From: Candidatus Woesebacteria bacterium
GTDB taxonomy: Bacteria; Patescibacteriota; Microgenomatia; UBA1400; UBA12108
Direction: 5' to 3'
Length of the DNA stretch: 64,000 bases
NCBI GenBank assembly: GCA_018060845.1
Contig: JAGOVG010000004.1
Span: 12,118-76,117 of the forward strand
The position numbers and the translations under genes are program-made. Shown here in pieces: positions 58,392 through 64,000 of this stretch. The notes beneath the pieces are model-generated. The model was not told the origin of the DNA. It made no database searches and saw only the letters and a program-made list of their open reading frames with translations. Positions within the stretch are counted from its first letter, which is position 1; every line of letters starts with the position of its first letter.

Positions 58392-59480
58392 CTAGTAGAG
58401 ATACTCTTCAACTTCCCAATCAAATCTCCCAATCCCAAGCATTTTAGCCACATTACCTAATGCACTCATAGACATGTCATATTTATCCCCCATAGTTGAA
58501 TGGATCAACACATTTAACTCACTAATGTCTAGAGGGGAATCCAAGTTTTCAAATACTTTATATTTAGCAACTATTTCATTAAAGAAAGGAAAAACAGCAT
58601 GCATATCAAAAGCAATAACTAAGTTTGTAAACAATTTTGGGTTGATTAAAAAGCTCGCCATCATTCTCTGTCTGAACTCTCTAATGTCTTGTTCATCTAC
58701 TACTACTCGCTTTATATAATCTGGAATGCATTGAGCTAATGATAGAAATTGATGCATTTCAGCAACTCCCACATCAGGCATCCAGTCACCTGCCGGGTGG
58801 ATATTCACAAAATGTATGCCTCTTACCAAGTTCAAAATGTATCTACTCATATAAACCATCAACTCGCCTGGTTCATCCCCTACTAGGTCATAATTTGGCA
58901 TTTCCTCTCTAAGTAAGTGTTTATTGGTAACCAACAGTCCCGAAGTAGTATCAACATGCTTATCATCAGGGGTTAGTGCTATTTGCTGGAGTCTGTTTGT
59001 CCTGCCAGGTTCAGTAGTATATCTGCGATCTTTTGCCAGTTCAGGACTAATATGTATTTTGGTAGCGATGTCCGCTCCATTTCGAGCTGTAATTGTTATC
59101 ACTTTACTGAGTCTCTCATCTTCCGGACGAGACGGGCAACCTTGGACGACCTCTAGATCGAGATCGTCTAGATCCAAATCTCTCAAAAAATGTTCAACCT
59201 CATCTTTAGTTGGAGGCTTGCAGTGAATAGATTTCAGATCACTATTTAATGCCTCATGCCTAGTAAAGTCGACAAAACTGGCAGCTACTCTTTCCCATCG
59301 ATTATCTGATGATTCTAAGATACGAGGGTCATCACCCAGCTGCAAGATCATAGTCTTTGTGTTCGTTAGTTCCTCGACTCTTTTTGAGTCGACCAGTCCT
59401 CTTATTGACTCGCCACCCACACTGATCAGTCCCCAGTGTTGACGAACTATTGCTGGTAATTGCTCTACTGAGACTGCCAT
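58392..59480 (-). CDS. hypothetical protein, co-transcribed with the upstream wHTH protein
   Basis: 362-aa ORF, AT-rich. Its start overlaps the upstream gene's stop by 16 nt. Confidence 0.45.
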   Translation of the reverse strand: MAVSVEQLPAIVRQHWGLISVGGESIRGLVDSKRVEELTNTKTMILQLGDDPRILESSDNRWERVAASFVDFTRHEALNSDLKSIHCKPPTKDEVEHFLRDLDLDDLDLEVVQGCPSRPEDERLSKVITITARNGADIATKIHISPELAKDRRYTTEPGRTNRLQQIALTPDDKHVDTTSGLLVTNKHLLREEMPNYDLVGDEPGELMVYMSRYILNLVRGIHFVNIHPAGDWMPDVGVAEMHQFLSLAQCIPDYIKRVVVDEQDIREFRQRMMASFLINPKLFTNLVIAFDMHAVFPFFNEIVAKYKVFENLDSPLDISELNVLIHSTMGDKYDMSMSALGNVAKMLGIGRFDWEVEEYLY

Positions 59481-60598
59481 ATCAATCCTTGTCCTCGCTT
59501 TGTTATGAGGTGCTTACTACTAATACCTAGATCAGTTAGACGCTGTCTAAGTCTATTTACCTGACTATCTAGCGCCCAGTCGCTCCCTAACGTACTATCA
59601 CCCCAAAGAGCATCGATTAAGTCTTCTCTTTTTACAAATGTTCCTGGCGATGCAAGGACTAGTTTTAGTATTTGTTTTTGCTTGCCCGTAAACTTGTCAG
59701 AATAATTTGCTCCTCCTATCAATATCATCTCTTCGCTAGCCTTCACTTCTAGCGGGTTCCCAACATACTTTTTTATGTATTCGGCTAGTAATGGGACTTT
59801 TGTGTATCCCATATCGTTAATATATTTATCGACCATCACGCTCTCTTCCCCGATTCGTGTACCATAAATACGATCAGTCATAATTTTTCGTTCATTGATG
59901 TTGAGTTTGTGCCAGATAGCTCTTAATTGCCAGATCACTTCGTGAGATTCCAAAACAACTTTGTAATCGGGATCTTTCTGGTCTCTCAACTTCCACATCA
60001 CTGATTTGATCAGTCTCAACGATGGTCCGACCGCATGCACAATTTCTGCTATCAACTCTGGCTTAAGATTCATTTTCCACTTTATAGATAGGTATATCGC
60101 AAACTCAACTGCTAATTTTTCATCATAAAATCCATGTATAACTACACTTGGTTCAAAACTAGGAATACTCAACAAAAAATTCTCAAACTGAGGATCATAG
60201 TAATTAGCCTCGCAAACCAATAATAATTTAGTTCTCTGGTTTCTATAAATATCTTGTAACGCAATAATTAAATCTGACCTTCGATCAGCAAGTATACTCT
60301 CAAACCCTAAGAGGCAAATCAAATTGTCATCTGTCTTAGTGTCTAAAATACTACGAATCATCTCTCCAGCCGTACTCCATCGCTCAATACGATAGTCAAC
60401 GATTCTTAATGATAGTTTGGTTGATCCAACTGCTTTTTGTATGAACCTGATATTCTCTAATAGCTGTTCAAACCTACGAATAATATCGCTACTAGGGTAA
60501 GTTACTATCATGCATGGCTCGCCATACCTGAGGGGAGCAAGCCAATAACTCCACATTTCTTCAATGTTTGATGGTTTCCAGTATGAACTAGTTTTCAT
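59465..60598 (-). CDS. atypical OmpR/PhoB-type winged-helix DNA-binding protein (C-terminal wHTH, no receiver domain)
   Basis: C-terminal …REDLIDALWGDSTLGSDWALDSQVNRLRQRLTDLGISSKHLITKRGQGLIW matches the trans_reg_C wHTH. The 280-aa N-terminal region has no REC or Walker motifs. Confidence 0.55.
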   Translation of the reverse strand: MKTSSYWKPSNIEEMWSYWLAPLRYGEPCMIVTYPSSDIIRRFEQLLENIRFIQKAVGSTKLSLRIVDYRIERWSTAGEMIRSILDTKTDDNLICLLGFESILADRRSDLIIALQDIYRNQRTKLLLVCEANYYDPQFENFLLSIPSFEPSVVIHGFYDEKLAVEFAIYLSIKWKMNLKPELIAEIVHAVGPSLRLIKSVMWKLRDQKDPDYKVVLESHEVIWQLRAIWHKLNINERKIMTDRIYGTRIGEESVMVDKYINDMGYTKVPLLAEYIKKYVGNPLEVKASEEMILIGGANYSDKFTGKQKQILKLVLASPGTFVKREDLIDALWGDSTLGSDWALDSQVNRLRQRLTDLGISSKHLITKRGQGLIWQSQ

Positions 60599-60616
60599 CC
60601 TATAATTATACTCCGC

Positions 60617-60642
60617 CTGTCAATCTTTCAATAGATTAACAG
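60617..60642. promoter_or_regulatory. imperfect palindrome CTGTCAATCT-TTCAAT-AGATTAACAG in a divergent promoter region
   Basis: 10-bp arms (9/10 complementary) separated by 6 bp. Lies between the divergent 59465..60598 and 60711..61427 genes. Confidence 0.5.
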
Positions 60643-60710
60643 GTAACGTGACAAGCTAAAAAGAGATTTGCACTATAAGATACACCAAAATATTAGATAG
60701 GAGCCCATTT

Positions 60711-61427
60711 ATGAGTAAATACGAATACCTTGATGCCTTATCAAACACCATCACGGATCCAGAAAAACTTAGACTGTTGCTTGATATTCCAGAGAGTGTC
60801 TTAGCTATAGCCGCTAGTAAGTTCCATATCAGCGAAGAGGAAGGAATAAAGCTAGATCGCTACCCACTCGCACGCATTGTGAGAGTGATCAACTATAATC
60901 ATTTAGTAGATTATGCTTCCAAGGAGCATAAAATATGGCAAAGAACAGAAGAGAAGTTTTGTAGTAACCCTAACTTTATCCCATTTTCTAAGTTATCTGA
61001 CAGTGATAGGGTGCTAAGAATGGTCAAAACTGAAGTACCATCAGGTCAGATGAATCCTATTTACGACTCTCTAAGTATTGAGGGTATCGGAGTTATTCCA
61101 AGAAGCAAAAATAGAGTCGAGCTTTTAGCTAGACATCATCAATACGGAGAGTATCCTCACCCCGGCTTCAGTCATCGTACAAGCATAGATCCATTCGATA
61201 GTAAAAAATATAAAATACCTAGTGCTGTAACAGTGGGAGAGTTAAAAAAATATGACACCAGTCATTCTATACTACGTTCTCTTGCTCATGATTTAGAAGT
61301 AATGAGAGGTGGTAAACAAGAGAATATAGAAAAAGATATCGATCTCTCAAATTATGAATTTTACTTCGCTATGCCTTTGTTCAATATAGCTATCGATTAC
61401 TGTGAAGTAGCGCTCACAATTAAATAA
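60711..61427 (+). CDS. hypothetical protein
   Basis: 238-aa ORF, AT-rich, with no motif recognised. Confidence 0.4.
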   Translation: MSKYEYLDALSNTITDPEKLRLLLDIPESVLAIAASKFHISEEEGIKLDRYPLARIVRVINYNHLVDYASKEHKIWQRTEEKFCSNPNFIPFSKLSDSDRVLRMVKTEVPSGQMNPIYDSLSIEGIGVIPRSKNRVELLARHHQYGEYPHPGFSHRTSIDPFDSKKYKIPSAVTVGELKKYDTSHSILRSLAHDLEVMRGGKQENIEKDIDLSNYEFYFAMPLFNIAIDYCEVALTIK

Positions 61428-61443
61428 TTAGGTAGAACTTATA

Positions 61444-61995
61444 ATGAATAAAACAGAAATTGTTTTTCAATCACAAGCCGAGTTAATAAATTTCGTCGGA
61501 GGAGAGAACCTTCTAATTTCAAGAATGCTATCAGATCATCCAGCTATATCGAGCGAACCAAGAATATCATTAACCAGCACCTTAGTTACTCTGTTAAGCG
61601 AAGACTTGATCAGAGCTGACGAGCAATGTGCACTAGAACTATCGATTCAAAAATTCCGTGAGCTATCTTTAGTCAATATCCCATCTAGAGCAGAAGACAT
61701 TCACCAATATTTATATCCAGATAGTGAGACATCATTACAAGACACTAAAACTTTAATAGAATTATTATCAAAAGCAGCATTAATCACATATAAGGATAAG
61801 GGATATCATCTTGATACAGGTATTAGACGTCTAGCGCTAGTTGAGTATGAGTTAACCCAACCAGAACAATATGCTCATAGTCACATAAGCCTACTAATCA
61901 CAGCAATAGATTTACAAACTAGATATCCGGAAGCCAGTAGTTGGTATGATAATATGCTACCCGATATTGAGATTAAACAATTTACTAATAGGTAA
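61444..61995 (+). CDS. hypothetical protein
   Basis: 183-aa ORF, 16 nt after the previous stop (operon). Confidence 0.4.
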   Translation: MNKTEIVFQSQAELINFVGGENLLISRMLSDHPAISSEPRISLTSTLVTLLSEDLIRADEQCALELSIQKFRELSLVNIPSRAEDIHQYLYPDSETSLQDTKTLIELLSKAALITYKDKGYHLDTGIRRLALVEYELTQPEQYAHSHISLLITAIDLQTRYPEASSWYDNMLPDIEIKQFTNR

Positions 61996-63025
61996 CAATA
62001 TCCACTAATACCTTCGCTAGTTTATCCGAATCATGCCTCACCATACTCCTAACTAGGTTGTCCCCTTTCTCTTTCCTTACCTTCCCCTTTGCCAACAACT
62101 TCTCTCTTATCACTTCAAAATTTATTTGAGAATTTGACCTGCCTGCGCAGGCAGGGAATTTATGTTTTGTGATTTCCGACGACACTAAGTCGTCGGTGAC
62201 CCACTCCGATCCCTCTTTCTGGTATGCCTTGGCTACTTTGGGGTCTATCGTCCTATCTGTGTTCACAATTACATGGGTCAGTCTTGTTAGAGGTAAATAT
62301 TTACCTAGGTCATTTAGGTAGTCAGAGGCCTTATATCCATAGCTCTCACCACTCTTCGTCATTACATTCATCACAAATGCCAGCTTGGCGTAGCTCTTAT
62401 TAATCGCCTCGACTACTCCCGAGATCACCAAGTTGGCAACAGTGTTGGTATACAGGTCACCTGGCCCGAGTACTATCAGATCAGCTTCCTGTATGGCTTT
62501 TTTTGCCTCAGGATCTACCTCTACTTGTGGTATGGTCCTAAAGCTAGTTATCCGCTCTCTGCCACTAGTCCCCTTACCCACATCTATCCCATGCTCTCCT
62601 AGCACTTCTGTGCCATCTGCATAGGTTGCCAAGAGTGACACAGTCTCATACGACACAGGCAGGATCTTGCCTCTCACGTCAAGTAGCTCGGCAGTTTGCT
62701 TAATCGCATCGCGCTGGCTACCTGTAATATCCGAAACAGCTGCCATAAAAAGGTTGCCAAAAGTCATTCCCGAGATCCCAACTCCCTGATAGTATCTATA
62801 CGAAAATAATTTACGTAGCAGTCCTTCGTTCTCCGATAGTGCCACCATACACTGCCTAACACCTGATGTTGGTAACAGTCCAAACTCATCCCTGAGCACC
62901 TTATTGCTGCCTCCATCATCCGCCATGGTAACAACCGCCGAGATATCTATGTCTGGATACTTCTTTAGTCCACGTAAAACTGTATATGTCCCAGTCCCAC
63001 CACCGATAACCACAATCTTTTTCAT
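61985..63025 (-). CDS. yvcK: gluconeogenesis factor YvcK (UPF0052 / CofD-like)
   Basis: MKKIVVIGGGTG…VVTMADDGGS…LPTSGVRQCMVAL is diagnostic. The C-terminal about 25 aa are encoded partly by a repeat/palindrome. Confidence 0.75.
   Translation of the reverse strand: MKKIVVIGGGTGTYTVLRGLKKYPDIDISAVVTMADDGGSNKVLRDEFGLLPTSGVRQCMVALSENEGLLRKLFSYRYYQGVGISGMTFGNLFMAAVSDITGSQRDAIKQTAELLDVRGKILPVSYETVSLLATYADGTEVLGEHGIDVGKGTSGRERITSFRTIPQVEVDPEAKKAIQEADLIVLGPGDLYTNTVANLVISGVVEAINKSYAKLAFVMNVMTKSGESYGYKASDYLNDLGKYLPLTRLTHVIVNTDRTIDPKVAKAYQKEGSEWVTDDLVSSEITKHKFPACAGRSNSQINFEVIREKLLAKGKVRKEKGDNLVRSMVRHDSDKLAKVLVDIVTY
62124..62164. repeat. ATTTGAGAATTTGA + perfect 18-nt palindrome CCTGCCTGCGCAGGCAGG + GAATTTATG inside the yvcK 3' coding end
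   Basis: Member of the TTTGAGAATT repeat family. The palindrome (62138..62155) is perfectly self-complementary. Confidence 0.7.
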
Positions 63026-63029
63026 ATTT

Positions 63030-63100
63030 ATCAGACAATCAGAATACTCAGATAATCGGTTGGTCAGATAGTCAGATTATCAGAATCTATCAGATCTCCA
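63030..63100. repeat. downstream flank of cassette 3: run of seven TCAGA(N) units incl. CAGATTATCAG
   Basis: ATCAGACAATCAGAATACTCAGATAATCGG…TCAGATAGTCAGATTATCAGAATCTATCAGATC. Its reverse complement resembles the cassette 1 downstream flank with C/T changes. Confidence 0.6.
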
Positions 63101-63445
63101 TATACTATGTAATTTGTTTATCCTTTTTGACAAAAGCTTATACAGATTTGCCAATTCTACTATTTCAGACTGTAATCGTGTCACTGCATAATATACCGTT
63201 CGAAAGTGGGTTACAACTTCATCACTCGACCCAATAGCTATCTTTAAAAATCGCTTAAATTCTTTTTCCGAAGATCTTTTAGCAAACCCTTCTGCAATAT
63301 TTGCAGATACTGATTTAGCAGCGCGCCTTAGCTGACTGATCGTATCCATCTCAGATTTTGGAAATTTCCGAAGCAAAGTATATAGTTTAGCTATTAGCTT
63401 TAATGATTCGTTATATACATCCAAGTCAGTGACATCTCGTATCAT
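63080..63445 (-). CDS. four-helix-bundle protein, 23S rRNA IVS protein family (close paralog of 50681..51046)
   Basis: …SVSANIAEGFAKRSSEKEFKRFLKIAIGSSDEVVTHFRT… Nucleotide sequence is diverged from copy 1 but the protein is conserved. Confidence 0.75.
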   Translation of the reverse strand: MIRDVTDLDVYNESLKLIAKLYTLLRKFPKSEMDTISQLRRAAKSVSANIAEGFAKRSSEKEFKRFLKIAIGSSDEVVTHFRTVYYAVTRLQSEIVELANLYKLLSKRINKLHSIWRSDRF

Positions 63446-63459
63446 AAAAACATCGTACC

Positions 63460-63520
63460 ACGTCCGATATTCAGGTTGCCTGATAATCTGGTTTTCCGAG
63501 TTTTCCGGTTGTCTGATTTC
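63460..63520. repeat. upstream flank of cassette 3: CTGATAATCTG-GTTTTCCGAGTTTTCCGG-TTGTCTGATTTC
   Basis: Its reverse complement GGAAAACTCGGAAAACCAGATTATCAG matches the cassette 1 upstream flank GAAAACTCCGAAAACTCTGATTATCCAG. Confidence 0.65.
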
Positions 63521-64000
63521 TAGCTAAAGAATATATCTTTAATCGTAATTACGATCAGCAAGAGGATGAGTAGTCCCATCCCGACAGCATTAACATACTG
63601 CTCTACTTTAGCCACCCTCTTCCTCCCCACTACTTTCTCTAGTCCTACCATGAGTAGTCTCCCGCCATCGAGCGCTGGGAATGGCAATAGGTTAAATATC
63701 GCTAGGTTTAGTGAGATTATGCCGACAAATCGTAGTGTTACATCCCATCCCATCTCAACCGCCTGCTGCCCTACCTTGACCACCTGCACTGGTCCACCCA
63801 CATTCTTAATTAGCTCAGACGGATGGCTAAATATCCGCAAAAACTCACGGCTCCACCCGATTGCTTCTTTAAATCCTTCTACTGTGCCTACGATCGGAGC
63901 CTGGTACCAGGGTAATTTTTTGTATTGAAAAATCGGGACAGTAGACACAGCTACACCTAGTGCTCCCTCACCCTCTGGCGGGTTCTCGCGTGGGATTACA
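63520..64000 (-). CDS. rseP: RseP/site-2 protease (M50) C-terminal part, 5'-truncated by the window edge
   Basis: …NLLPFPALDGGRLL… is an M50 C-terminal motif, followed by a final TM helix. The frame stays open to position 64000. Confidence 0.6.
   Translation of the reverse strand, partial: VIPRENPPEGEGALGVAVSTVPIFQYKKLPWYQAPIVGTVEGFKEAIGWSREFLRIFSHPSELIKNVGGPVQVVKVGQQAVEMGWDVTLRFVGIISLNLAIFNLLPFPALDGGRLLMVGLEKVVGRKRVAKVEQYVNAVGMGLLILLLIVITIKDIFFS

Overview
This 64-kb window reads as a gene-dense, small-genome bacterial chromosome segment that uses the standard genetic code (TGA, TAA and TAG all terminate ORFs).

The content is mostly housekeeping. It includes gyrB-ppa-gyrA, alr-ddl-murF-like, a XerC/D-type recombinase, queA, rluA-lspA-dksA-like-lgt, tRNA-Leu(CAA) and dnaB. 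Further on are hisS, rpmE-prfA, htrA, ctpA, rpsF-ssb-rpsR, ychF and an ABC-F ATPase. It also carries an oxidative pentose-phosphate cluster (pgl, zwf, short-form gnd), cysS, dnaX-ybaB-recR, ybeY, rpsU-yqeY and yvcK, plus a partial rseP at the window edge.

The gene content points to a reduced genome of the Patescibacteria/Saccharibacteria type, with a truncated MurF-like ligase, short YebC and multiple 23S-IVS-type four-helix-bundle genes. That placement is inference only.

Several patches between the core genes look accessory and AT-richer by eye:
- Three four-helix-bundle (PF05635/TIGR02436-like) genes, each embedded in an inverted-repeat-flanked cassette.
- A dispersed short repeat family (ATTTGAGAATT...).
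- A 1.1-kb single-gene insertion flanked by 19-bp direct repeats, with a duplicated htrA 3'-end fragment on its far side.
- A 3.6-kb island (58.4-62.0 kb) with an atypical OmpR-type winged-helix protein plus three unknown proteins and a palindromic operator.
- A kinase/NDT-like island (51.6-53.4 kb).
- Smaller islets at 34.1-34.8 kb and 38.5-40.2 kb.
- An unusually long (about 0.8 kb) convergent non-coding region at 15.6-16.4 kb.

No CRISPR array, rRNA or transposase is evident. The supplied ORF track uses GTG/TTG starts, so several N-termini are probably over-extended.
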